A stretch of DNA of 64,000 nt from Spirochaetia bacterium (GTDB lineage Bacteria > Spirochaetota > Spirochaetia > SZUA-6 > Bin103). Both the position numbers and the translations under genes were made by a program. Location of the stretch: the NCBI GenBank assembly GCA_965198005.1, contig CBDAOI010000003.1:256001-320000 (forward strand). Reading direction: 5' to 3'. Below, one piece after another: positions 39,849 through 49,899 of the stretch; the stretch's first letter is position 1; every line of letters begins with the position of its first letter. The notes beneath the pieces were generated by a model, which saw nothing but the letters and a program-made list of their open reading frames with translations, was not told the DNA's origin and did not search any database.

Positions 39849-41456
39849 ATGACCTCCTCCGTCGAACAGCTCCACCCGCTTGAAGTGCGCGTGCTGCGCG
39901 CCGCCGCTTCCGATGCGGCCTTTACCGCCGCCGATCTGATGGCCGCCGCCGAACTGAACCTGGGGCAGTGCAACCAGGCGTTCAGTTGGCTGCGGGCCAA
40001 GGGGCTGATCGCGGAGCGGGAGCGGGTGCAGGCGCTGCGCTACGAGTTGACCGCCCTGGGCGAGCAGTACCGGCGCGACGGACTGCCGGAGGAGCGGCTG
40101 GTCGCCCTGGTGCGGGCCGAGGGAGCGCTGCCGATGCCGGAGATCGCCGCCCGGCTGGGGCTGGAGCAGCGCGACGTGGGCTCCGCGTTCGGCGCCCTGG
40201 CGCGCGAGGGAGTGCTGGCGATGGACGGTGCCAAGCAGGTGCGCGCGGCCGGCGCCGAGAGCGCGCGCGTGGCGACGGTGCGCGGGCTGCTGGAGCGGCT
40301 GGCCGGCGGCGCGGCCGTGGCGGAGGCGTTGAGCGAAGCGGAGCGCGCGCAGGCGGCGGCGCTCAGCCGCAAACGCGGTGTGTCTCGGGGCGTGTTTCGC
40401 GCCACCGAGTTGCAGACGGTCAGCTACGTGCTGACGGCGGCAGGGCGGAAAATGCGGCAGGCGGCGGCACGGCGGGCCATTCCCGGCACCAGGAAGGGCA
40501 GTGGCACGCCCGTATCCCTCGGAGTGGCGCTTGGCGAAGCGACCGGCCGGGCGGCGGAGGTGGGCGCCCTGACCCCGGCGATGCTGGCCGACGGGTCCTG
40601 GCGGCAGGTGAGCTTCCGCCGCTACAACCTCAACTCGCCGCCGGGGCGGGTGCTGGTGGGGCGCCGCAACCCCTACACCGCCTACCTGGACCGGGTGCGC
40701 GACCAGCTCACCGGCCTCGGCTTCGAGGAGTTCGACGGGCCGCTGGTGGAGACCAACTTCTGGTGCTGCGACGCGCTGTTCATGCCGCAGTTCCACGCCG
40801 CCCGCGACGAGCACGACGTCTACTTCATCAAGGAACCGCAGTACGCCAGCCACCTGCCGGAGCCCTACTTCGAACGGGTCGCGGCCACCCACACCGACGG
40901 CTGGCGCACCGGCAGCCGCGGCTGGGGCTACCGGTTCGACCGCGACTTCGCCCGCCGCACCATCCTGCGCAGCCAGGGCACCGTGGTCTCCGCCAAGACC
41001 CTGACCCGCGCCCGGGTGCCGGGAAAATACTTCGGCATCATGCGTTGCTTCCGGCCGGACGAGGTGGACGCGTCGCACTTGGCCGACTTCTACCAGACCG
41101 AGGGCATCGTGCTCGGCGAGCAGGTCAACCTCAAGACCCTGCTGGGGCTGCTGAAGCTGTTCGCCGAGGAGGTGGCGGGCGTGGCCAGCGCCGACGTGCG
41201 CTACGAGCCGGCCTACTTTCCGTTCACCGAGCCGTCAGTGGAGGTGTTCGTGCGCCATCCCACGGTGGGCTGGACCGAGCTGGGCGGCTCCGGCATCTTC
41301 CGTCCCGAGGTGACCCGGCCGCTGGGGATCGAGGTGCCGGTGCTGGCCTGGGGACTGGGAATCGACCGGATGGCGATGATGTCGCTGGGGATCGACGACA
41401 TTCGCGACCTGTTCTCGCCCGACCTGGACCAGATCCGGCGCCGGGTGGCGCACTGA
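39849..41456 (+). CDS. pheS: phenylalanyl-tRNA synthetase alpha, long archaeal/spirochaete type
   Basis: N-terminal winged-helix-like extension, DALFMPQFHAARD, FYQTEG, YFPFTEPS, WGLGIDR. Confidence 0.96.
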   Translation: MTSSVEQLHPLEVRVLRAAASDAAFTAADLMAAAELNLGQCNQAFSWLRAKGLIAERERVQALRYELTALGEQYRRDGLPEERLVALVRAEGALPMPEIAARLGLEQRDVGSAFGALAREGVLAMDGAKQVRAAGAESARVATVRGLLERLAGGAAVAEALSEAERAQAAALSRKRGVSRGVFRATELQTVSYVLTAAGRKMRQAAARRAIPGTRKGSGTPVSLGVALGEATGRAAEVGALTPAMLADGSWRQVSFRRYNLNSPPGRVLVGRRNPYTAYLDRVRDQLTGLGFEEFDGPLVETNFWCCDALFMPQFHAARDEHDVYFIKEPQYASHLPEPYFERVAATHTDGWRTGSRGWGYRFDRDFARRTILRSQGTVVSAKTLTRARVPGKYFGIMRCFRPDEVDASHLADFYQTEGIVLGEQVNLKTLLGLLKLFAEEVAGVASADVRYEPAYFPFTEPSVEVFVRHPTVGWTELGGSGIFRPEVTRPLGIEVPVLAWGLGIDRMAMMSLGIDDIRDLFSPDLDQIRRRVAH

Positions 41457-41475
41457 GCGGAGCCCGAGCGAACCA

Positions 41476-43218
41476 ATGCCTACGATTGACGTACACGATG
41501 AGTTGCTGGCCGGCCTGCTGGGCGAAATCCCCCCGGCCGCCGAGCTGGAGCGGCTGCTCTCCACCGCCAAGGCGGAGGTGGAGGGCTACGACCCCGCCAC
41601 CGGTGTGCGCCGGGTGGAGTTGAAGGACACCAGCCGGCCCGACCTGTGGTCCACGCCCGGCCTGGCCCGCCACCTGCGCTGCTACCGCGGCGCCCCGCTG
41701 CCGTTCTACCCGTTCATGGCGCGCGCCGAGGCGCCGCCCGCGACCGGCGAGCGCGCGGTACACGTGGATCCGGGCCTGGAGAATATCCGGCCCTGCATCG
41801 CCGCGTTTGCCGCCGCCGGTCCACCGTTGAGCGAGCCGTTGCTGCTGGAGCTGATTCAGTCCCAGGAAAAGCTGTGCGACAGCTACGGCCAGCGCCGCCG
41901 CGCCATCGCCATGGGCATCTACCGCGGCGCCGACATCGTCTGGCCGGTGCGCTACCGCGCCGCGCCGCCGGACACCCGCTTCGTGCCGCTCGGCTTCGAG
42001 CACGAGCTGTCGCTGACCGAGATCCTCGACCAGCATCCCAAGGGCCGGGACTACGGCCACATCGTGCGCGGCCTGCCGGCGTTCCCGTACCTGGAGGACG
42101 CCACCGGCCGCACGCTGTCGTTCCCGCCCATCATCAACAGCGCCGACCTCGGCAACGTGGGGGTGGGCGACAGCCGCTTCCTGGTCGAGCTCACCGGCCC
42201 CCACCTGGAGACCCTGCTGCTGGTGTGCGCCATCGCCGCCTGCGACCTGGCCGACGCCGGCTACGAGATCTTTCCCGTCACGGTCCGCTACCCCTACGCC
42301 ACCAGTCACGGCCGCGACCTGGTGACGCCGCTCTACTTCCAGCGCGAGACGACCCTGGAGCTGGCCACCGCCGAGCGCCTGCTGGGCGAGACCATCACTC
42401 CCGCCGAGGGGCGGCGCCTGGTAGAGCGAATGGGCAGCCGCGCACGCGTCGAGGGCGCCTCCCTGGTGGTGACCCCGCCCCCCTACCGCAACGACTTCCT
42501 GCACGCGGTGGACGTGGTCGAGGAGATCGCCATCGGCCGCGGTCTCGACACCTTCGAGCCGGAGTTGCCGGAGGAGTTCACCGCCGGCCATCTGACGCCG
42601 GAGACGCAGTTCGCCCGCGCGGTGCGCGAGCTGCTGGTGGGGCTCGGGTACCAGGAGATGATCTTCAATTACCTGGGCGCGCGGCGCGACTACACCGAGC
42701 GCATGAACGCGCCGGAGCGGCTGCTGGTGGAGGTGGCCAATCCGATGACCGAGAGTTATGCGGTGGTGCGCGACTCGATCATCCCCAACCTGCTGGCCGC
42801 CGAAACGAGCTCCCAGAACGCAGCCTATCCGCACCACATGTTCGAGGTGGGCAAGGTGGCGTTGCGCGACGCCGCCGATCCGTCCGGCTCGCGCACGGTC
42901 GATGTCTGCACGCTGCTGGTGGCGGACGGCACGGCCGGCTTCAACGACGCCGGCGCCCACCTCGCGGCGCTGCTGTTCTACCTTGGCGTCGAGCACCGGC
43001 TGGCGGAGTTGGACGACCCGCGCTTCATCCCCGGCCGCGCCGCGCAGGTCGAGGCGGCGCCGCCGGCCGCGGCCGGCGAACCGCGCGCCTGGTCGAGCAT
43101 CGGCGTGCTCGGCGAGCTGCACCCTGCCGTCCTGGAGCAGTGGTCGATCGGCATGCCGTGCGCGGCGGTGGAGTTGCACCTGGACGCGGTGCGCGCCGCG
43201 TTGCCGAGCGCCGGGTGA
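41476..43218 (+). CDS. pheT: phenylalanyl-tRNA synthetase beta, short archaeal type
   Basis: DTSRPDLWS, LSFPPIINS, YRNDFLHAVDVVEE, ANPMTE, GELHP. Confidence 0.96.
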   Translation: MPTIDVHDELLAGLLGEIPPAAELERLLSTAKAEVEGYDPATGVRRVELKDTSRPDLWSTPGLARHLRCYRGAPLPFYPFMARAEAPPATGERAVHVDPGLENIRPCIAAFAAAGPPLSEPLLLELIQSQEKLCDSYGQRRRAIAMGIYRGADIVWPVRYRAAPPDTRFVPLGFEHELSLTEILDQHPKGRDYGHIVRGLPAFPYLEDATGRTLSFPPIINSADLGNVGVGDSRFLVELTGPHLETLLLVCAIAACDLADAGYEIFPVTVRYPYATSHGRDLVTPLYFQRETTLELATAERLLGETITPAEGRRLVERMGSRARVEGASLVVTPPPYRNDFLHAVDVVEEIAIGRGLDTFEPELPEEFTAGHLTPETQFARAVRELLVGLGYQEMIFNYLGARRDYTERMNAPERLLVEVANPMTESYAVVRDSIIPNLLAAETSSQNAAYPHHMFEVGKVALRDAADPSGSRTVDVCTLLVADGTAGFNDAGAHLAALLFYLGVEHRLAELDDPRFIPGRAAQVEAAPPAAAGEPRAWSSIGVLGELHPAVLEQWSIGMPCAAVELHLDAVRAALPSAG

Positions 43219-43261
43219 GGCGCGGACGGGGCGCCGGTTATCGCTGCCGCGGGAGGGCGTC

Positions 43262-44722
43262 ATGCTGACCCGTATCGAACTGGACGGCTTCAAGAATCTG
43301 GTCGAGTTCGCGCTGGATCTCGGGCCCTATACCTGTATTGCCGGCGTCAATGGCGCCGGCAAGTCCAACCTGTTCGACGCCATCCGGTTTCTCTCGCTGC
43401 TCACCGACCACACGATCAATCAGGCGGCGCGGCAGATTCGCAGTGCCGATCCGGACGCCGGGGAGATCGGCGACCTGTTGTTTACGGCAGGCGGCGAGAT
43501 CCGGGGCGGCATGACGCTGGCGGCGGAGATGATCGTGGACCGGCAGGTGGTGGATGACTTCGGCCGGCCGGGGGCTGCCTCGTCCACCTTCCTGCGGTAT
43601 GAGCTTGCCTTCCGCCACCAACCGCCATCCGGGCCGGCCGGGCCATTCGAGCCGGCCGGCGGCCTGGTTCTGGAGCGCGAGGTGCTGCGCCACGTCCCGT
43701 CGCATCAGGCCGCCAGGAAGCTGCGGTTCTCGCACTCCAGACCCGACTTTCGGCGCAGCGTGATCTACAACAAGCGACGGGGTCCGGGTTACGTCTCCAC
43801 CGCCGGGGACGGGGCGTCGGAGCCGGCTCAGATCGTCATCCACCGGGACGGCGGCGCCGGACACGCCCGCCCGCCGGCGCCGGCGGCTCGCGCGCCACGC
43901 ACCGCGGTCGGCACCGAGCATACCGCCGCCACCCCCACCATGCTGGCGGCGCGGCGCGAGATGCAGGCTTGGCGCGTGCTGGCGCTGGACCCCGCGGCCA
44001 TGCGCCGGCCCGACACGTTCACCGACGAACCGGGCATCGCGGCCGACGGCCGGCACCTCCCGGTCACCCTGCACCATCTGGCCCGGCAGGCCGCCACCAC
44101 CGGGAGCGGGGAAGCCGTGCCCGGCGAGCCCGGCGGCGACGTCCTGCACCGGATTGCCCGCCGCTTGTCCGGCCTGATGCCGGTCGAAGCCGTGCGCGCG
44201 GTGAGCGACGACCTGCGCCGGCTCCATACCCTGGAGCTAAGACAGCGCTCCGGCGTACGCCTGCGAGCCGGTTCCATTGCCGACGGCACGCTGCGATTCC
44301 TGGCCCTGGCCACCATCGCCGAAACCACCGGCGGGGGCGTGTATTGCGTTGAGGAGCCGGAGAACGGCATCCACCCGGCCAAGCTGCCGGCCTTGAATCG
44401 GCTGCTGCACGACATCGCGGTCGACCTCGACCGGCCGGTCGGCGCAGCCAATCCGCTACGCCAGGTGCTGGTCGCCACCCACTCCCCCTACTTCGTGCAA
44501 CTCCAGCGCGACGATGAATTGCTGCTGGCCGCCAACCCGGCCGCCGCGCCGCTGCAACTGCTTCCCGTCCAAGGCTCGTGGCGCGCGCGCCCCGGCCGGT
44601 CGGCAGGCGTTGCCCGCACCCGTCCCCGTACCGCCACCCGGCACGACCTGGAGCCCTATCTGATGCCGCCGGTCGACATCCAGCTCCGGTTCCCGGCCGA
44701 GTTCTGGCCCGAAACCCCGTAG
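43262..44722 (+). CDS. AAA_21/ABC-type ATPase (defence-associated type)
   Basis: GFKNL, GVNGAGKSN, DGTLRFLAL, EEPENGIHP, ATHSP. Confidence 0.9.
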   Translation: MLTRIELDGFKNLVEFALDLGPYTCIAGVNGAGKSNLFDAIRFLSLLTDHTINQAARQIRSADPDAGEIGDLLFTAGGEIRGGMTLAAEMIVDRQVVDDFGRPGAASSTFLRYELAFRHQPPSGPAGPFEPAGGLVLEREVLRHVPSHQAARKLRFSHSRPDFRRSVIYNKRRGPGYVSTAGDGASEPAQIVIHRDGGAGHARPPAPAARAPRTAVGTEHTAATPTMLAARREMQAWRVLALDPAAMRRPDTFTDEPGIAADGRHLPVTLHHLARQAATTGSGEAVPGEPGGDVLHRIARRLSGLMPVEAVRAVSDDLRRLHTLELRQRSGVRLRAGSIADGTLRFLALATIAETTGGGVYCVEEPENGIHPAKLPALNRLLHDIAVDLDRPVGAANPLRQVLVATHSPYFVQLQRDDELLLAANPAAAPLQLLPVQGSWRARPGRSAGVARTRPRTATRHDLEPYLMPPVDIQLRFPAEFWPETP

Positions 44723-44737
44723 CGGCAGCACCCCTAC

Positions 44738-45364
44738 CTACGCGACCGGCTGGCGCAGGATAGTCTTGAGCTTCTCGGGCGCGGTGCGATTCGGGTCGTT
44801 CAGATAGGTGTCGTGGTGACGACCGGCCGGCGTCAGTCCCTCGGCGGCGATGAACTGGTGCAGGCGGCGGATGGCGGCTCTCAGATCGGTATAGGGGCCG
44901 ACGTATAGGAGTTGCGCCGCGCGGCCGCCGGCGATGGCGGCCCGGCGCAGCCGCGGCAGCATCGGGTTGGCGGGAGATTCCTTCCTGGCCAGCGCGGTTG
45001 CCGCCGCGACGCCGGCCGCCACGTCGGCGGCGGTCACGAAGTCGGGCAGCATGATCATCGCTCGCCAGCGCGTCGTGTCCGGGCGCGCCAGCGGATCGCA
45101 CGAGGCGCCCGCCTCGTCCCACCACTCGGTCTCCAGCGGCGCCACGACGAAGTCGGGCGCAAGCGCCTGCTTCCTGCGCGCGAACTTGATCTTGTAGGCG
45201 ACCGCGTAGAGCGCCCCAACCGCGTCCTGGAAATGCTCGTCCGCCGGCGCCCCCGTGCCCTCCACCGCCAGGCAGGTACGCTCCGGCAGCGCGATCAGCG
45301 CGGGCGATGCCTTCGCCGTGAACAACTCGCGGTGCTGCTTCTTCAGGTCAATCTTGTCGGGCAA
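44738..45364 (-). CDS. GyrI-like small-molecule-binding protein
   Basis: KIDLKK..RELF, ALYAVAYKIKF, PLETEWW, WRAMIMLP, YVGPY, YLNDP.RTAPEKLKTILRQP. Confidence 0.88.
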   Translation of the reverse strand: MPDKIDLKKQHRELFTAKASPALIALPERTCLAVEGTGAPADEHFQDAVGALYAVAYKIKFARRKQALAPDFVVAPLETEWWDEAGASCDPLARPDTTRWRAMIMLPDFVTAADVAAGVAAATALARKESPANPMLPRLRRAAIAGGRAAQLLYVGPYTDLRAAIRRLHQFIAAEGLTPAGRHHDTYLNDPNRTAPEKLKTILRQPVA

Positions 45365-45557
45365 ACCTTCGTCTCCGTCACACCATGCCTGCCCGGACGA
45401 TCGCTCAGACGGCACGTCAAGACAGGCTGCGGCACGCAATATAGCGTCAATCCCGCGCCCCCGCCTACCGGACGCCGCCACCACGCTCCGGCGGAGTGGA
45501 CGGAGCGGACGGGCCGGCTTCGCCGAGAGAAGCGGCGACTGGCTCAACGCCAATGCG

Positions 45558-45590
45558 GCTCTTGAGTAAAATAACTCAAGAGCGTACATT
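45558..45590 (+). promoter_or_regulatory. promoter overlapped by a palindromic operator
   Basis: GCTCTTGAGT-6 nt-ACTCAAGAGC covering TTGAGT-17 nt-TACATT. Confidence 0.75.
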
Positions 45591-45599
45591 GTCCGGGTA

Positions 45600-46856
45600 G
45601 TGGTCTACCATCGTGCACAGCTCTCGACCCTGAAAGCCCGCCTCCGCGAGCCTCCCGACCGGATCATTGCTCTGTTCGGGCCGCGGCAGACCGGCAAGAG
45701 CACCATCGCGCGTGCGGTGCTGCGTCCGACCGACCACTACCTTCCGGTAGATAAACCCGACCCGACGGGAGTCGGCTTCACGGACGCGGACGCGGACAAC
45801 GTCACGGTCGCCGATCAGCAAAAGCGAGACACCCGCTGGCTGGTGCGCAATTGGGAGAGGGCGCGGCTCGATGCGGAACGGCTACCGCAGGGCTGCATTC
45901 TGGTGGTCGACGAGATTCACAAGATTCCGGAGTGGTCGGAGACCGTCAAGGGACTGTGGGATGCCGACCGCGCCAGGGGGTGCCCGCTGCAGGTGGTGAT
46001 CCTCGGTTCCGCGCCGCTGCTGATCCAGTCGGGGTTGAGTGAGAGCCTCACCGGGCGGTTCGAGCCGATCCACGTTCCCCATTGGTCGTTCGGGGAGATG
46101 GCGGCGGCCTTCGGCTTCGACCTGCCGGCCTATCTCTACTTCGGCGGCTATCCGGGCGCCGCGAGCCTGGCGCGCGACGAGGAGCGGTGGCGCAACTACG
46201 TGCTCGGCGGAATCGTCGAGCCGACTGTCGAGCGCGACCTCCTGGCGCTCACCCGGGTCGACAAGCCGGCGCTGCTGAAACGGCTGGTTGAATTGGCCGC
46301 CGCCCATTCGGGGCAGGTACTCTCCTATACCAAGATGCTGGGCCAGCTTTGGGACGCCGGCAATACGACCACCCTAGCGCGCTACCTCGACCTGTTGGGG
46401 AGCGCCGGTCTGATCGCCGGACTGCAGAAGTACGCGGGGAGCGCCGTGAGACGCCGCGGATCGAGCCCGAAACTCAACGTCCTCAACAACGCCCTGATGA
46501 CCGCCGCCTCCGGCTACTCCTTCGCCGAGGCGCAGGCCGACCGCACGTTCTGGGGCCGCATCGTGGAGAGTGCCGTTGGCGCCCACCTGTACAACACCGC
46601 GACGCTCGACATTCGAGTGCTGTACTGGAGAGACGGCCTGCGCGAGGTCGATTTCGTCCTGCAACGCGGCCCCAAGCTGGTCGCCATCGAAGTAAAGAGC
46701 GGGCCACCGCGACGAACGGATTCGCGGGCGCTGGATGCCTTTGCCACGCGTTTTCGAGGGTCAACGACCCTGCGCTGTTTGCTGGTGGGACCTGGTGGTA
46801 TCCCCCTCAACGAGTTCCTGACGGCGCCCGCCGCTGCGTGGTTCGAGAAAGCATGA
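45600..46856 (+). CDS. AAA_14 ATPase with DUF4143 and PD-(D/E)XK-like C-terminus
   Basis: GPRQTGKST, VVDEIHK, ESLTGRF, FGGYPG, EVDFV..AIEVKSG. Confidence 0.9.
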   Translation: MVYHRAQLSTLKARLREPPDRIIALFGPRQTGKSTIARAVLRPTDHYLPVDKPDPTGVGFTDADADNVTVADQQKRDTRWLVRNWERARLDAERLPQGCILVVDEIHKIPEWSETVKGLWDADRARGCPLQVVILGSAPLLIQSGLSESLTGRFEPIHVPHWSFGEMAAAFGFDLPAYLYFGGYPGAASLARDEERWRNYVLGGIVEPTVERDLLALTRVDKPALLKRLVELAAAHSGQVLSYTKMLGQLWDAGNTTTLARYLDLLGSAGLIAGLQKYAGSAVRRRGSSPKLNVLNNALMTAASGYSFAEAQADRTFWGRIVESAVGAHLYNTATLDIRVLYWRDGLREVDFVLQRGPKLVAIEVKSGPPRRTDSRALDAFATRFRGSTTLRCLLVGPGGIPLNEFLTAPAAAWFEKA

Positions 46857-49800
46857 TTCCCGTACATCGTACCTGCACCGAAGTCCTCGCTGCCGGCAGC
46901 GATCGACGGCGCTCGCCGGAGTCGCATCCGCTGAAGGACTATCGAGACGTTCCCGCGTACGTGCTGCTTGGCGACCCTGGAGCCGGCAAGACCACCGCGT
47001 TCAAGATGGAGTACGAGGCGCTCGCCGACAGCGCGTGCCTCATTGATGCGCGCGACTTCGTAACATTCGATCCGGAGGCGCACCACGAGTGGCGTGGCAA
47101 GACGCTCTTCATAGACGCGTTGGATGAGGTGCGCGCCGGTTCGCACGACGCAAGGACACCGTTCGACGCAATCCGCAGTCGCCTCGACAAGCTGGGCAGG
47201 CCGCGTTTCCGCCTCTCGTGCCGGGAAGCTGACTGGCTCCGTGAGAACGACCGCAAGCGTCTGGCCTCCGTGGCGCCGCACGACTCCCGCGTCACGGTCC
47301 TCCGTCTTGATCCGCTGCAACGCGCGGATGTTAAGAGCATCCTTGACGCCCGCACGGAGATCACGGACGCCCGTGGGTTCATCGACCAAGCCTCGGCGCG
47401 AGGGGTGGATGCTCTGCTGGGGAATCCGCTGACCCTGCGCCTTCTGGCGGATGTCGTGAGCCGCGAGCGACGTTGGCCGCGAAGTCGCCTAGAGCTGTTT
47501 GAGCTGGCCGGCATGCTCCTGACCACGGAGCGCGACAAAGAGCACATTACGGCAGATCCTCAACCGCCGTCTTCCGAGCTTCTGGACGCCGCCGGGCGTC
47601 TGTGCGCTGTCCTTCTGATCTCCGGTGCGACGGGTTACGCCCTGGGCTACGGTCAGGCAAACGCGGAATTCCTCGACATCAGTCAGTGCGAGTACGAAGC
47701 ACGCCAACTCCTGCGCTCAGCCCTGGCCACGAGGTTGTTCACGGCCAGGGCCGAAGGCTGCTTCGCACCTGTTCACCGTCACATCGCCGAGTTTGTCGGC
47801 GCCAAGCATCTCGCCCGGGTGATCCGTGAAGGTCTGCCGGCTTCCCGTATCATAGCCCTACTGACGGGGTACGACGGCGGCGTGCTTAGCAACCTGCGCG
47901 CCGTTGCCGCGTGGCTCGCGGCCTTGAGTGAAGACGCGCAGGCGGAGGCAACGACGGATCGCCGCACGGCTCGAGACTATCTCAGACACGCTCGAGATCA
48001 TGGCGTACCGCTTGACATTCTGCTGGACCGTACGAGACACAGCGAGATACTTCGCGAAGAGATGAGCGAGTTGCTCGTCTGTCACTTACGGCCTGGAGAC
48101 TTCGATGCCTCTCAAGTAGGGCACAGTTTTCTGAATGAGAGTGAAAAACAGTGTCGAGAGTTCATTGAGCTGGTTCGTTCGAACGTCGATGCTCTGCACG
48201 AGAATCGGTGCCCAGTGGGACTACTCCACGAGCTTGCGGTTGCATACTTTGGACTCTCGTCGGATGTCGAGGGCCCTGATCCAAGAGCGCGGATCAGCGA
48301 TCTGTGTGACAGTGATGAGCTCTTGATCGACGCTACACTTGCCGGCCTCCGCGGCGCCCCGTTCCGAAAAGACACTCCCGATACTCGCAAGATCATCGGC
48401 CTGTTGAAATTCGAAAAGGAGTATCTTGTTGCGCTTCCTTGGCTTGCGGGTATAGATGAGCTCGACGATCTGCGCGTGCTGAGCGAGCGGCAGTTGCGCC
48501 AGGGTCTTGCATTCCACTTTTGCTCGTCGGTTGAGGACAGGCTGAACCGACAGCGGCGCCTGCTGGAGCTGGACCACGAAGCCGGTGCCGAGATGCTTGT
48601 GAGGTGCACTAGCGCCAAGATGCGCAGCGGTGTGTACGACGCTGAGGTTGCTCGCCACCTTGCCACAGATGAACACGCATCGGTGGCAAGGCGTGCCGTG
48701 TTGCCCCTCCTGCGTGCGTTCCCGGTGCGCTGCTCGCAGCCAGTGCCCTTGATCATGCTCGATGATCTACTCGTTGCTGCTCTCTGGAGAGTGGATAGAA
48801 CAGCGTTGGTGGAGTTGATCACCAAGAAACGGTCACGGACCAGCATGAGCGTTTCCCAGCGGGTGCACTGGTTGGCGGCCGAAGTCGTTGCGACGGGCGA
48901 CATTAGCACCGACCGGTTGCGAGAATTCGTTCAGCGTCGGGAACGGCGTATTGCTCAGTTGGCGGAATTCCTGTTCGCGGCGGATTCTCTGCTCGCCGAC
49001 TTGCCTGCACCGGCCCTGGCATGCTTCATCCGGCTGCTCGCGCCATCGACTCGGCCGCTCGGAGGAACGGCGTCGCACCTGATTGGCGCGGAATACAAGG
49101 CATACCGGTCCGTTGAGCGCATGATCAAGGCGCTTGCCGTCCACGACGGCACCGACGGACAGACGGTGGAGAATCTGGAACTACTCGCCGCAGACCCGAC
49201 CCAAGGCGAATGGCGATATTCGCTGGCCGCAGCACGGGACCGCCAGCGCGTGATCCGCCGCGACGCTGCCTACCGTCATCCTACGGTTGTGGACGTGTGC
49301 CAGACGCTGAGCGGTGGAGCACCTGCCAGCGCCTGTGACTTGGCAGCGCTGTTGGTAGACCGTTTTGCCAGCCTGGGTCAACGGATCCGCAGTGGCGATA
49401 CGGATGACTGGCGCCAGTACTGGAACGTCGACGAGTATGGGCGACCGCTCGAACCAAGACCTGAGAACGTGGGACGTGACGCGCTGTTGTCCGACCTAGA
49501 GCCGCACCTTCCCCCGGGCGTTAGAGCGCGCCGCGAAGGATCATATTCTCACGACAAGCGAGCGGATATTTTCGTCACTTGTCGACACTTCGAAGTGCCG
49601 GTGGAGATCAAGAGGAGTAGGCACAAGGATCTTTGGAGTGCCATGCGCAATCAACTGATCGCCCAATACACGAATCACCCTGCCACGGACGGATACGGGA
49701 TATTCTTAGCGTTCTGGTTCGGGAGAGACTACATACAGCCGCCGCCCGAGGGCTCCAAACCTGCAGACCCAGACGAGTTGCGGGCGCGCCTTGGGGGTAC

Positions 49801-49861
49801 CCTCACGGAGGCCGAGCGGCGCAAGATTTCGGTGGTGGTAATCGACGTTAGCCGAGAGTAG
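46853..49861 (+). CDS. STAND/NACHT-like NTPase with helical region and C-terminal PD-(D/E)XK-like nuclease
   Basis: LLGDPGAGKTT, LFIDALDE, RLSCR, GNPLTL; C-terminal KRADI...VPVEIK...QLIAQY...GYGIFLAFWFG. Confidence 0.8.
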   Translation: MIPVHRTCTEVLAAGSDRRRSPESHPLKDYRDVPAYVLLGDPGAGKTTAFKMEYEALADSACLIDARDFVTFDPEAHHEWRGKTLFIDALDEVRAGSHDARTPFDAIRSRLDKLGRPRFRLSCREADWLRENDRKRLASVAPHDSRVTVLRLDPLQRADVKSILDARTEITDARGFIDQASARGVDALLGNPLTLRLLADVVSRERRWPRSRLELFELAGMLLTTERDKEHITADPQPPSSELLDAAGRLCAVLLISGATGYALGYGQANAEFLDISQCEYEARQLLRSALATRLFTARAEGCFAPVHRHIAEFVGAKHLARVIREGLPASRIIALLTGYDGGVLSNLRAVAAWLAALSEDAQAEATTDRRTARDYLRHARDHGVPLDILLDRTRHSEILREEMSELLVCHLRPGDFDASQVGHSFLNESEKQCREFIELVRSNVDALHENRCPVGLLHELAVAYFGLSSDVEGPDPRARISDLCDSDELLIDATLAGLRGAPFRKDTPDTRKIIGLLKFEKEYLVALPWLAGIDELDDLRVLSERQLRQGLAFHFCSSVEDRLNRQRRLLELDHEAGAEMLVRCTSAKMRSGVYDAEVARHLATDEHASVARRAVLPLLRAFPVRCSQPVPLIMLDDLLVAALWRVDRTALVELITKKRSRTSMSVSQRVHWLAAEVVATGDISTDRLREFVQRRERRIAQLAEFLFAADSLLADLPAPALACFIRLLAPSTRPLGGTASHLIGAEYKAYRSVERMIKALAVHDGTDGQTVENLELLAADPTQGEWRYSLAAARDRQRVIRRDAAYRHPTVVDVCQTLSGGAPASACDLAALLVDRFASLGQRIRSGDTDDWRQYWNVDEYGRPLEPRPENVGRDALLSDLEPHLPPGVRARREGSYSHDKRADIFVTCRHFEVPVEIKRSRHKDLWSAMRNQLIAQYTNHPATDGYGIFLAFWFGRDYIQPPPEGSKPADPDELRARLGGTLTEAERRKISVVVIDVSRE

Positions 49862-49899
49862 CAACTCGACCGGCCTTGTGTGCCGGGCAATCGGTCTCG

